Of a stretch of DNA of 64,000 nucleotides, positions 14,201 through 28,035 are shown piece after piece. The notes beneath the pieces were generated by a model, which had not been told where the DNA came from, searched no databases, and was given only the letters and a program-made list of their open reading frames with translations. The stretch lies in assembly GCF_009914755.1 (NCBI RefSeq), contig NC_060935.1; one strand, written 5' to 3'. Numbering within the stretch: the stretch's first letter is position 1; each line of letters begins with the position of its first letter. The position numbers and the translations under genes were made by a program. This DNA comes from the human T2T-CHM13v2.0 reference genome, Homo sapiens.

Positions 14201-16562
14201 CTTTCTAGCAGGATTGGAAAAATCTTCATGGATTATATCCTCAAATTTATTTTCTAAGTTGCTTACTCTCTATTCTTCTCTCTCATGGATGCCAATGAGT
14301 CATAGGTTTGGTCTCCTTACATAATAACATATTTCTTGGAGGCTGTGCATTTTAAAAAATTCTTTAAAACTTATTTTTAATGTGACTGTGTTGATTCAAA
14401 GGACCAGTTTTTGAGCTCTAAAATTCTCTCCTCAGCTTTATCTATTCTGTTGTTAATGCTTCTAACTGTATAATGAAATTTCCTTAGTAAATTTTTTAGT
14501 TCCAGAAACTCAGTTTGGTTTTCTTAAAACAGATATTTCATTTTTTACTTCTTGGATTGTTTTACTGAATTTCTTGTATTCCTTGTATTGGGTTTCAACT
14601 CTCTCCTGCATCTTGTTGAGCTTCCTTGTCATTCAAATTCAGAATTCTACATCTGTCATTTCAGTCATTTCAATCTGACTTAAAAACATAGCTAAGGAGC
14701 TAGTGCCATTGTTTGGAGGTAAGGGGACACTCTGGCTTTTAGGACTGCCAGACTTCTTGCACTAAATCTTTCTCATCTGAGAGGACTGTTATTCCTTCCT
14801 TTTTCAAGTTGCTGTCATTTTTCATTGGGCTTTTTGTTTTTATATTATTACCCTTGAGGGTTTGATTGTGGTACAAGTTGAATTCAGTCAATTTGCTTAG
14901 ATTCTGGGTGCTTACAGTAGATTAAGACTCTGTATGGGATGTTTATTTGTGGCTAGATTACTGAATTGGGCAGTGTATATGGGCAATTATTTGTTGGTGT
15001 TTGTTATTCAGGCTGTGATCCTGTAGATGGCACTTAAGAGTAATGGCTGGCAGTTAGGCCCCTACCTGCAAGCCTCTTTCCCATTTCAATGCATTTGCAG
15101 TGGTGCTTTTTGGTGGAGGAGGCAAAAAGATCAGAGAGATGAACCCCTCACCAGATCCATTCCCTGGCCTTAGGGGAGCTCCCTGCAGTCACTGGAACTA
15201 TTCCTGCAGTTCTTTAGTTTCAAGGGGTGGGGTTCTGTCAGACTGTGATACTGCCTTCCTTACAGACAGCTGAAACGGAAAGTTAAGTTGCCAGGAGACC
15301 TGCAGCTCCCTGGGAGCTTGTTGTATCTCTGTGTTTGGCACAGTCGTTGTGGGTTGTGGGATATGTCTGCAGGTGGTCTGTTGATGTAGTAGGTCAAGAA
15401 TGGGGATCTCCAGGCAAGGCCAGTGTTGCAGTAGGTGTGGAACTAATGTGGCACCTGTACCCAGGGATTTTTGCTCAGCAGACAGCTATAAGGACCACCC
15501 ATTTATTTCTCCCTTGACCAGCTTTCCTTCTGGTGGCTGTCCCAGTAACTGGCCTGATTAGCTAGTTTTGTTCCAAGCCTACTGCACACAAATTGCTGGG
15601 CTATTAGGTGTTCAGGGCTGCAGGGATCCTTCAGTCAGAGGCTGCAGCCACTGTGGCAGATAAGCCACACCCTTCCCAGACCAGCCCTACAGAAGGGGGC
15701 ACACCCAAATCCTGCACTGACCCATAAACTTGGGCCTCACTCTTCTCAGTGTTCTGAGAGTGAAGGCTCTTTCATGCTTGAGTTCCAGCCACTTATCTCA
15801 GCTTCACCCTCCAGAGCTGCATGCTCTTTCTAACCCTGGGGTTTAGGACTGGGCCCTTGGCTTTGTCCTCTGTCCCTTAAAACCAAGTACCAGCTGTGCT
15901 GAGGGGCCAAGGTGTTCCCAGGCCACCAGCAAACCACTCAGGCCAGGGAGTGGAGGCTGCACTATGTGCTTGCTTTTGCAGCAGTGGCCATGCAGGGACC
16001 CTGCCAGGGGCCGGTGAACACAGGGACATGCAGATCTTGTGTACCCCAGTTCCATGGGAAAGACAACCCTGTTGTCTCCTGGTCCAGCAGTCAGCAAAGG
16101 CTAGAGGCACTCAGAGGACTATGGAGAGCCCTGGGAGATGGGCACCTACGGCCATATTTTATTGCCCCTATACCCTTGCCAAAATCCCATGCAGCCTTGA
16201 GTTCTGTCTCTACCTACTCTCCGGGAAGTTGCCCTGGCCAGCTCAATTGTCCATGGGGGTCATATCTCTTGTAGCTAGGATCTCAGAGGTCTATGGTGAC
16301 AGTGGGTTGAAGTGCAGTCTCTTCACTCATCGCTTCTTTAGGAGCTGTTCAGGGCCAGGAATGAGTTCTGGTGTTCCACAATCCCATACTGGGTTCCTGG
16401 CTTCCTCTCTCTTCAGCCTTGGTGTCTGTGTCTCCTCTTTATAAGCTCTCTGAGTTTTCCCTCAAATGATTTGTTCAAAATATGTTGATTTACTCAATAT
16501 TTTGGTCTCTTTCAGTTGGAGAGGCTCCTACTGGTTTTGTCTAGTTGGCTATCTTGTCCCTC
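11281..16562 (-). mobile_element. L1PA15/16-like LINE with 5'UTR, ORF1 and 3' ORF2, with an internal deletion at about 13795
   Basis: 3'UTR text GCATGATGCTGAGGTTTGG...CATAGTACCCAATAGGTAG. ORF2 fragments include [28 protein letters not shown] and [24 protein letters not shown]. The sequence jumps to the ORF1 end at about 13800, and a GC-richer 5'UTR spans about 14.9-16.56 kb. Confidence 0.88.
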
Positions 16563-17309
16563 CCATTCTGTGGTTAACTTTTTATCTTAACTGGTTGTGA
16601 AATAAATTCTCCAAAAGTGTTAGCTAATACAGGGCTTATGCTAGCAACACATTTTTGTGTACAAAGAACTTTTATCTTATTTATGTTTTGCAATAAACTT
16701 ATAAAGTATTTTAGTTTCCACTGTAAGAATATGGAAATAATGCTCAGATGTTATCTACCCAAGATTCACAGCCAGACGTGATCCAAGTCTTTTAACTCTT
16801 ACCCACACTATGTTGTCTTCTTCTTTGGACCATTTTCAGGGTAGTTTTCATTTCAGAGGGGACATTAAATATTAAGCAGTAGTGACTGTGGAAAGGTAAA
16901 GAACAAGGGTGAACAATTCTGCTCAGTATTTCTTCAAATCTCTTTGGGTATCTACAGCTCTTTTCTCCACTTCTAGTAGCTGGCTCCACTCATAAAATCT
17001 CCACAGGAATTTACTCAGTTACTGGGGCAGAATTAAATCCACATTTTGGAGCCAGTGTTATCATTTGTGCTAGTCTTTGAGACAATTTAGGCATCTAAAT
17101 ACATATATTAGGGATGGCAAATGGATTTCTATTCCAAGCCAACTCTGTTAGATTATTAGTGGCTATCTCTTTGAAAAGGATTCTAAGTTTGCATCTGAGT
17201 TCAGCAGACAAGCATCATGATTGGTTATTCATGTCTGCCAGGCTTGTGTGTGGAGGAAGTATTCAGATACCTGTAGTGTAGTTGCCATTCTTGACATACA
17301 CAGAGGTAG

Positions 17310-17390
17310 CATGTTAGAATGGGTCCCAGAGATCATCTACTCCAGTCACCTCATTTTACAAATTAGGGAACCAAGGTTTAGAGAAGGAGG
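17310..17390 (-). mobile_element. MIR fragment
   Basis: AGAGATCATCTACTCCAGTCACCTCATTTTACAAATTAGGGAACCAAGGTTTAGAGA, the antisense MIR core. Confidence 0.6.
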
Positions 17391-19900
17391 GGAGAGTCTT
17401 TCTTATCTCAATCTTGCTTCATTGCTAGTGTGCTACTTAAAAGCAAAGAACAATTTTGATCTGGTATTCTAGTTTGATTTCTTGACTCCATGCAGAAAGT
17501 GCTAGCCATTGTACAGGGAGTAGGTGTGATGCCCTGCTTTATGCTCCCATTGAAGATATCTTTTTTGGCTTTCCATACTTATAGTTTAGCTATGTTGAAC
17601 TCTTCTGTTGCCTTTCCTGGTCACCTGCCTTGGATTCCTCTTTTCTGAGGGTTCTATCTGACCCTGTCTTTAGGTACTGTGCCTCAGTCTCCAGACCTAT
17701 CCTTCTACCCATCTCACCTCAATCAGCGTGAATCTATTTTATGTCCCTCACTGTTGTTTCATATACAAACCTATTAAAAGATAAGCATTGTTTAATACCT
17801 TACTCTCTTGTTGGCTATTTGGGTCATAAAATGGAATTCTTAAAGACACAATTTTTAATCCTAAAAGAAAAATCCCAAATGATTGAAATTTAGAGTATCA
17901 GGGGAGGCTGGTTCTTATGTGATGTGAGATATTTTGGCAGATTATTGGCAGCAGCCATCAAGTCAGGGCTAGTCTTGATTTTATAAATATTTATAAAATA
18001 TTTTGTTTCATCACCTCACATTCACTGAACCTTCCAACTCTTTGATTTCCTTTTTTTAAATATGGTTCATGATAATGCTTAATAGTTGCCCATGTTTTAA
18101 AGATACAGAAATCAAAGACACACTGGAGTGATGATTTTCCCTCTTTTGGTGGATTATAGGCAGAACTAGGATGAATAATTGCTGTCTGCAGCTCCACAGC
18201 TGCCCCTCCCTGCTCCTTAGCATGAAGAGCTGTCCTGCTGTTCTTTACAGTTTGGTCAAAAGCCGATTTTTCTCATCACCCTGCTTTACAGAGGCTCAGC
18301 ACACTTCAATAGAATCTGAAGGTATTGAGTTCCCACTAATGATATTTGCTTTTCAAATATACAGTGATACTTTTGTGGATGCATATTGTATCCAGTCTAA
18401 ACTTACATCCTTTATTTAGTCTCAAACGAAGCTTCGTTCCAGCATGAAGACACGGGATTAAAACATAGCCATTTATCTGCCAGTTCTGGAACATAGAGTA
18501 CAAATAAACAGGCATTGTATCACCCTGTCAGCCCTTTGAGCTCGTTTAGATCCAGATGGTGGTCCCAAGAAACATTACAGTCCATTTCTTCATCTGTGGC
18601 TATGGCAGGGCATGTGTTTTGCTCAGGGATCGCAGGCCTTGGGTTAATGGCAAAGATTATAGACATGGTTCTACATGCCACAAAACTTCCCACAGAAGAG
18701 CTATGGGAAAGGAGTTTGATCTGCTAATGTTAAAGTCGTCTATGGAGCACATCTGGAAGCAAAAGGCAACATTTTCCATTTTCAAAGTAGGTAAACAAAT
18801 AAGCAACTGTGTAGTGTCTTGCATTGACAGGAGAGATCCCTAAATAATAATATTTTTCTTACATGCCAGGCTCTGTGATAGAAAGCATTTACACACAGTA
18901 TTTCAACTTCACATAACAATGCATCACCAATTATACATAGCAGGTATATTTAAAAGATCCAAGCCTTAGGTATGTGACCTTCACTAGGGTCTTTCACTAC
19001 CCATCAAGGATGAAATCAGGACTTGAACTCAGTTCCCTCTGACTCAAAAGTCCCTACTTTCTTATACTAAGCTAGTCTGATTTGCAATTTGTATGCAATC
19101 TGTATAATCCCAAACTAATGAGACCGAATAAATGTTAGAAATAGTTTCATGTATTACATTTTAAATGACCAATTAATATTCCACAGCATTATATGGGCCA
19201 GTATGAGCTTTAAACATAAATAATAATTAGCAGGGCTGAACTAAGAAGAAAATAAAAGCAGAAATCTATCTGATGTGAGTTGAGTGGCAATGGGAAGGTC
19301 ACTCTTGCTTCAGAATAACCCATCTCATCACCATGCCTGGACTTTCATATAATCATTTACTGTTAGACTGAAAGAAACGTTAGAGATCATCCATTTTATT
19401 AGTGAGGAAACTGGGCTTAGATTTGTATAGTGACATCCCAAGAGCTCATAACTACTTAGCGTACAAACAAAGAGTCATAGCTTAATGCATATAAAGCTAT
19501 TAGGTTTTTTAGAGTCCTGATTGAAAATGGAAACACCTAAGGTAAGCATTGAAAATGGATTTCATCATATGCCAACTCAGATTCACAAGTGGTTGCTACA
19601 CAACATATGTTGACCAGGATTTGGAGGTTGCACATAGAGTCAGCAGTAAAGAATGCCATGATTCATTATTGATGTCTGTTATACCTACAGGAAGTGGAAT
19701 TCAATAGAGCATGTGCTAAATATCATCTATTTCTGACTTATGGGATGAAAATCCCTCTAATTCCTTATTATCAGAGTGGAGAAAGTCTGTACCATCAGAA
19801 GATCTACTTTCACATCCTGACAGCTGTCCCTAATTATTTTCTCATGTATAAAATGGACTAATTTTAGCTGCTTTATCTCCCTATAAAATACCTGTGCTGA

Positions 19901-20239
19901 TGAGACAGCCAGGTGGGAAGGTCTCCCAGGCAGAGCCTTGGACCGACATGCGCACTGGGAGGTATGAACACTGGGGTGGAGCCACAGAAGTTTGAGCCCA
20001 TTGCAGAGGAGGCAGGCCTCCCCTCTTCCTTTGTGGAACCTGGGATTTAAAGTGTCAGACAGTAAATGCACCAGCAGTGACTCTGGCTTTGTGTAGGGTC
20101 CCTGTTTTCCCTTTTCTTCCTTTTCACCCAATAAAACCCTTCAAATCACACACCCTTCAAATCACCTACGAGCCTAAATTTTCATGGCCACGTGACAAGG
20201 GCCTCATCTTTAGGTGAATTAGGGAAAAATCCTGCAAAA
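19901..20239 (+). mobile_element. Solo ERV1 LTR (MER61-like)
   Basis: Starts TGAGACAGCCAGGTGGGAAGG, has CAATAAAACCCT poly-A signal, and ends GGAAAAATCCTGCAAAA. Confidence 0.75.
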
Positions 20240-20879
20240 ATGACTAAAAAGAAGTGACACCTGAGGATGTATACATCGTTAATATAGATACCACTTTTTA
20301 CAGTTGAAAGCCAAGAAGCTACTGAGCCTAGAAGGAAGGAAACAAAATTCAAATATACAGCAGGGAGACAATATTTTCCATTTTTTTCTTTAGTCATGTT
20401 GCAAAAACTGATCTAAAGTGATGTGTTTCTCCAAGAAGGGACGGAATCGCCACTAGGCCTTAGCATGAAGAATCTGGCTCTTTTGAGAATGCTCTGAGTT
20501 TGATCTAATCAAACATTGGGGAGAAAAAGGGCAACTTTTTGAGAGGCACTTTTAACAGTTTCAAGTTTCCGGGATTCTTTTCAATATAGACCCTAATTTC
20601 CTTAGAAAACTGATGTTTCTACTTCTTTCCCAAACTGGGGGTGGTGTGGCTTGCATCCTCTCTAATAAGGTTTTGATTTGAGTGCATACAAACTCTGCTC
20701 TGGCCTTGCTTTCCAGCTCCTGTAAGTCTGGCTCTGGCTTTTCTCACACTACTCTCCTTTCATTTTTTTTTACTCCTCAGCCAGCCTCTTCTCTACAGAG
20801 ATCTCCCTCTCTTCCACCCATTCATGTCTTTTTTGATGCGACTCCCTTTCCTGGAAACCTGTTCCATTGGAATGCTTGT

Positions 20880-22097
20880 TTTTAACAGACCTCAAAGTCA
20901 GCATATTCAAAACAAAACCCACCATGGTTCCCTTCTGCTATAGACTGAATGTTTGTGTCCTCCCCAGATTTATATCTTGAAACTTTATCTCTAATATTAT
21001 AATATTTGGGAGGTTATTAGGTCATAAGTGTGGAGCCCTCATAAATGACTTAGTTCCTCATAAGGTAGTACCTTTATGAAAGAGGCCCCAGAGAGCTCCT
21101 TCACGTCTTTCACCTTGGAAGAACAAGAGAGGGTACCATCTATGAACAAGAAAATGGGCCCTCACCAGACGTCCAATCTGCAGGCACCTTCATCTTGGAC
21201 TTCCCAGGCTCCAGAACTGTGAGAAATAAATCTCTGTTGTTTAGGCTGCCCAATCTATGATTTTTTTTATTGCAACCCAAACAGACAAAGGTACATCCAA
21301 TCTTCTTTCTTCTAATCTTCCCTGTCTCAGCAGAAACTTGAGAAATCAGACTCATTTTTGACATGCCCTCATACTACACCTTCTCAACCCATAATTCTAT
21401 TAATTATCACCTTCTGTTGATTTTACCACCTAAATATCTCCTGATTTGACTGTTTCTCTGCACTGCTATCACTCTGGTCCAGGCCACCATTGTTTGTCAT
21501 CTTGATTCCTGGATTACTCCATAAACCTCGTAACTGGTCTCTTTGCTTCGTAGAACTGAAATGCTCCTTTCAGAAATATCCAATCTTTTCATTCTTGATG
21601 TATTCCTTCAATAGCTCAATTTCCCTCTAGACATAGAATTTACAAGTCCATCTAAGATCAGGCTTTAGTTACATCTCCGTGATGTTTTTCATGTTGAGCT
21701 GACCACTCTGAGTTTAATTCTGTTCCTGGACATCACATGTTCTCTTTCATATCTGGGTTTTTGCACTCAAAGTTTCTTCTGTTTGAAACACTTTGTCTTC
21801 TTTTACTTTACCTGGCTAACTTCTAGTTAATCTTCAGATTTTAGCTTAATGGTCAGGTACTCAAGTATGCCTTGACTGATGCTGCAAAATAGATTTGTTC
21901 TTCCTCCTTCTGTATGTTCTCAAATCACCATGTCCTTCACTGTCATCTTGTTTTATCATAATTGCACATTTATTATTTGTCTTTTCCCTAGTCCATTAAC
22001 AGTATTATAACTGTAAGCTCCATATGTCTTATTCATGTCTGTATTCACAAGTTCCAGGTGCTTATTATTGCTCAATAAGTACTTATTGAATGAATGA
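20880..22097 (+). mobile_element. L2 LINE 3' portion, interrupted by MLT1A
   Basis: CTCAAAGTCAGCATATTCAAAAC and CAGGCCACCATTGTTTGTCATCTTGA, ending in the L2 terminus GCTCAATAAGTACTTATTGAATGAATGA. Confidence 0.65.
20936..21293 (+). mobile_element. MLT1A-type MaLR solo LTR
   Basis: TGCTATAGACTGAATGTTTGTGTCC...CTTGGACTTCCCAGGCTCCAGAACTGTGAGAAATAAATCTCTGTTGTTTA. Confidence 0.85.
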
Positions 22098-22469
22098 TTT
22101 CCCATCTCAGTAGGTCTCCCAACCTACTCACTATTCAAATTTCACCTTAGAAATCTATTTTATAAATGCTTTCTATAATTCCCCATCTTTATGTGATATT
22201 TAAAATTCTTAAGCACATTATTGATACCACTTATACTGTACTCCTTTTTTCCTGTTTGAGTTATAGTTATTGTCCTCTTTTACATCACCTTCAACCTCCC
22301 TGGAGCAAGATTCTATCTTATATACCTTCATATGCTGTCATAGTACCTAGCTTAGAGCCCCCCACATAAGATATTTAAGCAATATGTGATTGCTTAAATC
22401 AACAGAAAAACCTCACTTAGGATAAATTAAATAAATGGTAGGCTCTTTACAGAAATTGAACTCTTTTAA

Positions 22470-22774
<305 letters not shown>

Positions 22775-23194
22775 AGCAATTACTTGTCAGTACATTTATA
22801 TCATTAGAATTAAGATACTATGGCTAGAGCATTTCTCCTGGTTTTGGCATTTTCATAACTATTTTATAGGATACAAAATAAGAGATGATAACACTTTGAA
22901 AATATACCTACCAATGTGCAGCAATCTCCCAACTCACAGATATCATGATGATAATCAGCAAGGACTATTTATCTATTCCTGCAATATACAGGTTTATTCT
23001 AAAGATACCATTGCTGATAACTTTTTTTAACCTGAAAATGGCTATGAACCCCTGAGCTTACACAACATAATCCCATACAGAATGTTTTATTGCCCATATT
23101 AATATGTGTTTGGAAGACTAAATGACAGTTAAGATCACTTCTGGTTCTAAGAGCTTAGGATTCCATACACTAATGTATTCAAGCAGGATGCTAC

Positions 23195-23420
23195 CCTAGA
23201 GTTGGGAAAGCAGACCAGAATCAGAGGACATGAGTTCAGTTCCCAAATCTGATAATTACTGCCATGTTGATCTTGGCTAAGTTCATGCACTTGACTTTTT
23301 TCTCCACATAGATTCTGTTCTGAGAATTGAGGATATACAGTACTGTATAGATACAGTCTGTTGACCAAATAACCCAGCCTGTCTGAACCTTAGTTTTCTC
23401 ATCTGTAAAACAGAGTTAAA
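23195..23420 (+). mobile_element. MIR (interrupted)
   Basis: AGAATCAGAGGACATGAGTTCAGTTCC...CCTGTCTGAACCTTAGTTTTCTCATCTGTAAAA. Confidence 0.6.
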
Positions 23421-26400
23421 ATGAGATGTGTGGCTTGTCCACATATTGTCCTCAGAGAGGTGACTAACACAAGGCTTTTAGAATAGGTTTACACATATTT
23501 GGGAATTAATACCTATAGCTATTTGGTAATTAAAATAGAAACATGATAAGATATAAAACACTGGGCTTGGATCTATTAGTGCTTGTGGGTTCTTCAAGTG
23601 AGTAATGTATGCAATCTTTTTCCCACTTTAAGAAGCATAGTCCTCACAATCACATATACACTCTTTTTGAGGTAAGGACTTTATTTTTATTTATTTATTT
23701 TGGGGTGACTCTTGTTTATGTTGAGTTTTAGTAGGTTAACCTGCATACAGTGAGCCTCTAGTAGCAGGCAAAGAAAGAGCTCAGTTCTGGCATTCATGTG
23801 GAGTCAATGCAGAAGACTCGTCTTCTCTAGTGCTACTGTGCACCTAACCCCAAGGATATTGGAAAGCCTGAATCTCCCCAAAGAGACTAAATTACTTCCG
23901 TGTTCTCATGCCTTATTTTTGTCCAAAGAGCAGCACTTTGAGTAACATATACTCTGTCTCATGACTGCAAAACAACACAAATTGAAATCATTTCAACCTA
24001 AAGAGCCCTGGCCAGGGTACCACCTTCTATGAATGGAACACTGGAGAGTGGTCATTGTGCCTTGATAACTAGCACTGCTGGGATTGATGCCACCTTCGCA
24101 CCTATGACCACCGATGGAGGGGGAGACTTTGGCCAAATTTCTGCATTAAACATTATATGCCTAGATTAGCACCTAGAAGGCAGTGCCTCTCGGCAGTAAC
24201 CAGTTAGTTGGCATGCTAAGATTGCACATGAAAGTCTTAGGGGACCCCTAGACAGAAACATGAAGACTGGAATCAGAGAGAGGCACAGACTGGACTTTTG
24301 GCTTCCGGCCAGCATTCTAGAAGCCTAGAATGTGTGATGCTGGGAATCACCTAGGGCATACTATTTTTTGCACACAGAACCTTATAAAAAGATTCCTGAG
24401 TACAAAACAATAAGAATGTGCTGTACAAGCTATAAAATGGCTTACAAATACATAGTGTTAAGTTGAGATACTGTTCTGCCTTGCTATGATAGCCTCATTC
24501 TGTACCTGTCCATGTCCTTCCTCCTCAGGGCATAACTGCAATGATGGACAGACAGACAAGATGTCAAACCTTGCATGAAAGAGTAAAACCAGTTTCCTGG
24601 CATAAGTTGTTATTTAGTTCTTTTCCTTTTCTGTTTCTAAGAGTTCATCAAACTTTTGTGGCTCTTAATCTTCAGGTTATCCAAGTGCTTTAGCTTCTGA
24701 GTAGTTTTAGTTAATCTCAGTTAACTTTAGCTGTAAGGAATTACATTGACCTATTTCCATCTGTACGGTAAAACTAAAAGGAGAAACTAGGAAACTCCAC
24801 ATTTAGAATTTAGGTTTATATTTTTCCTGCACCTATTTCCATTCCCATATTTGTTGCATTATCTTGTATAATTACTGCAGCAATCCTGATTCTAGGTATT
24901 ATGTGTATTTCGCAGGGGATCAAACTGAGGCTCTGAGGGGTGTGGTGACTTTCCCGTGGATACAAACCAGCTAAGAAGCTCACACAAGAGACACACATGG
25001 CCCTTGTAACTGTGAGTTCAGAGCTCTTTCTGAACCACAGCTGCCTCCTGGTTTATTGTAGTCATTCATCATACATCCACATCAGCCAAAGGGAGACTCC
25101 CCATCTGCTCCTTGCCTAGCCTGTCAATCTCTCAGGATATGACCTTAGCTGCAAGGAAGGAGACAGGAGAAATTCTGCCATCACCAGAACCCCAGTTGAC
25201 CTGAATGTCTAGAGAGAAAAGTCAGAGGCAAAGCACTCAGTGGAAATGGCTGTCAGCAGCCTGGAAAAGGAAATTTAGGTGCCGAGGTCTGACACAAACC
25301 AGAGAATCAGCAGCTTTGCAAGTTCAGCAGGGGTGCTGGGGCTGTGGACATGTGGCATTCTGTGACAGAGAGTGTCACTAAATTTCTCTGAGGAGCTTAC
25401 AAGAGATTAGAGACTTGTCAGAAAATGGGGAATGTTTTAAGCCAAATAAAAGGGCTTAGAAAGTAGATGGACATGTATAATTAAAAGAAACAAAGATGCT
25501 TTGAAATCAATTTAATGAGCCACATTTTGGGGAAGCGACTGTGTTCTCAAGTTTGACAATAAAAATTGCAAAATATGTCTTCTGCTTCAAAGTCATTTGA
25601 ATTGTCATTTTTTTGAGCATGTTATTAGATTAATTTAGGCACAAAAACAAAATACCATCCTTTCTTTGAGTCACTTTTTATTTGAAACAATTTTATGTAT
25701 CTTGAAAAGGGAGAAGATGTTCAACCTTGAGAATTCTTCATTTCAAACATCCCTTCTGAAGACCTTTTCTGCATCTTTAATGACTGAGTTTTGAAAATAA
25801 TTCTCTAAAGTAAGTTTAAAAGCTAGCATCTGTAAGTACTAGGAAGTGCAGACAAAGTGAAAAAGCATCTTTTAAACAGTTGGGGACTCAATTTAGTTGA
25901 GGTGAGTTCTGTTCTTAAAATTAGTAGAAACTTCCAGAAATGTGGTACTGCTAGACTCTGGATGATATAAAAGAATATATAATTCCTAACATTATAGTCT
26001 TTAGATATACATGCTGAAATAAGGAAAAGTAATAACACAGTAGAATTTGATTAGATTTCACAGAGACTACATGCAGTAGTCCGCCCAACTGGAGAAGTGG
26101 CCCAGTTCTTGAAGTAAAAATTAGATCGGGACAAAGAAAAAGAAGGACTTCTCAGGCAGGAGGTTACAGGATCAGGAATGAGAATGTCATAAAATAAGTG
26201 GTAGAACAGTTTGACTGAAACTCCAGATTGTCCCAGAGTGGGGAGCTGCAGAAGATAAGGTTACATAGGAGCCATATGATAAGCATCTGTTCTGTGTTTG
26301 TTGAATGAATCAGAATATTTCACACATATTCTTTATTATTTTGTGTGTTCTTGGAAAAGTTATCAAGAACTGCAATTCTTTAATTCCTCATTTGCGAATG

Positions 26401-27609
26401 AGCATAGCAATATAATTAGCTTCAAAGCACTATTGTGATTAGTAAATTCATGTAAAGTACTTAGTACAGTTCTCTGGTATAAAATAAACAATCAACACAT
26501 GTCTTGCCCAAATATTTTGTTAAATTAATAAAAGAATGCAAGAAGTAAGCAGAGGCATTGACATGAAAGGCATATTTGGATATAGTGAATAAATTAGCCT
26601 GGTGGGTAGAGAAGGCTTATAGGGCAGTATGGAAGATCAGATTGAAAAGGTGAGTGGCGAACAGATTTGGGGGATTTGATTTAGAAGGCCCAGGCTAGTG
26701 GTGCCACTAAATATTTTTAGCTAGGACATGACATTAATAAAAGAGAATTAACAAAGGGAAAAGTAAGAAAAAAATAAGCTAACAGCTGCTTGGAAGTAGC
26801 CTCCAGTGGCACAGGAATTTGTAAAGAGCAGAGAAAGGATGTTTTTATTTCAGAACAGTGTTGATTTCAATTTAGCCTAAATCTCTGCACAGTCACAGCA
26901 CTCTCAGAAGTCAGCTTCAATCTATCTGGCTCAGGAGGGAAAGTAGAGGCATCTGAACCTCCCTTCAAGAATGAAGCTATATTGTGACTTACCCCTTCTC
27001 CCCACACTTAGGCATTCTCTAATTACTTACTCTGGCTCATCACATTGTTTTATGTCACTCTCAATTACACAAGTTTCAAGGGTGATTTACATCGTCCTCC
27101 ACTCTAGAGTACAGAAGTACTCCCTTGGAGGGAGAGGTGGCAGCTTTCCTGTGCTCCTCTCTGCCTCCTACTGCTGCACAGTATACTTACCCAGTGGGCA
27201 GCCTTGAGCTTAACTTTTAATCACTCTTTCCAATAGGATCAGTCTTTGGCTGGGATTACTGCTCCAAACCTAACAGGGCTGTGGTATTTGTTACTTTTAT
27301 GTCAGGTTCCCAACTTTCAGCATTTTAAGCATTGTTCAAGATCAGAAACAAGATTGTTATTCATTAATTTATTCATTCCACAAATTTAACAAATATTTAT
27401 TGATCATATACTGAACCAGGTGCTTGTGCTCTAAGTGATAAATCAATCTCAAATATTAAAAAACTGAGAAAAGGAATTATGTCTTATACCATCATTAAAT
27501 TTCTTATAGTGCTTGCATAGAGTAGATAATCAAATTTTGAAAAGATCTGTGTTTCAGTTGGATGAACAACATATACATTGGAGTCCTAATTGGACTCTAT
27601 GTTCCATAA

Positions 27610-28035
27610 ATATACACATATATGTATATTTGTGTATATACACATATATGTATAAAATATACACATATATGTATAAAATATACACATATATGTATATTTG
27701 TGTGTATACACATATATATGTATATTTGTGTGTATACGCATATATGTATATATGTGTGTATACGCATATATGTATATTTGTGTGTATACGCATATATGTA
27801 TATTTGTGTGTATATGCATATATGTATATGTGTGTATATGCATATATGTATATGTAACAACATATATATTTATGTATAATATGAATATACATATATAATT
27901 CATATTTATGTAATATATTCATACCTATATAATTATATAAATTCCTATTTCTATACATATACATGTATAGGAATGTATGTATATATGTTAAAAACATATC
28001 TGTGTGTGTGTGTATATATATATTTAAATATACAT
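27610..28035. repeat. (TA)/(TG)/(CA)-rich tandem repeat with a 26-bp higher-order unit TATACGCATATATGTATATTTGTGTG
   Basis: Repeated units are directly visible at 27610-27855, decaying to (TA)n. It generates many spurious YIYV-type ORFs. Confidence 0.9.

Noticed and set aside
15896-16444. 182-aa ORF antisense to the L1 5'UTR (ORF0-like idea)
   Set aside because: Non-ATG start in the GC-rich 5'UTR of an old L1, with no similarity to ORF0 that I can recognise.
24160-24190. Second CTCF-like word (GCACCTAGAAGGCAGTG)
   Set aside because: Weaker match with core mismatches; not supportable from sequence alone.
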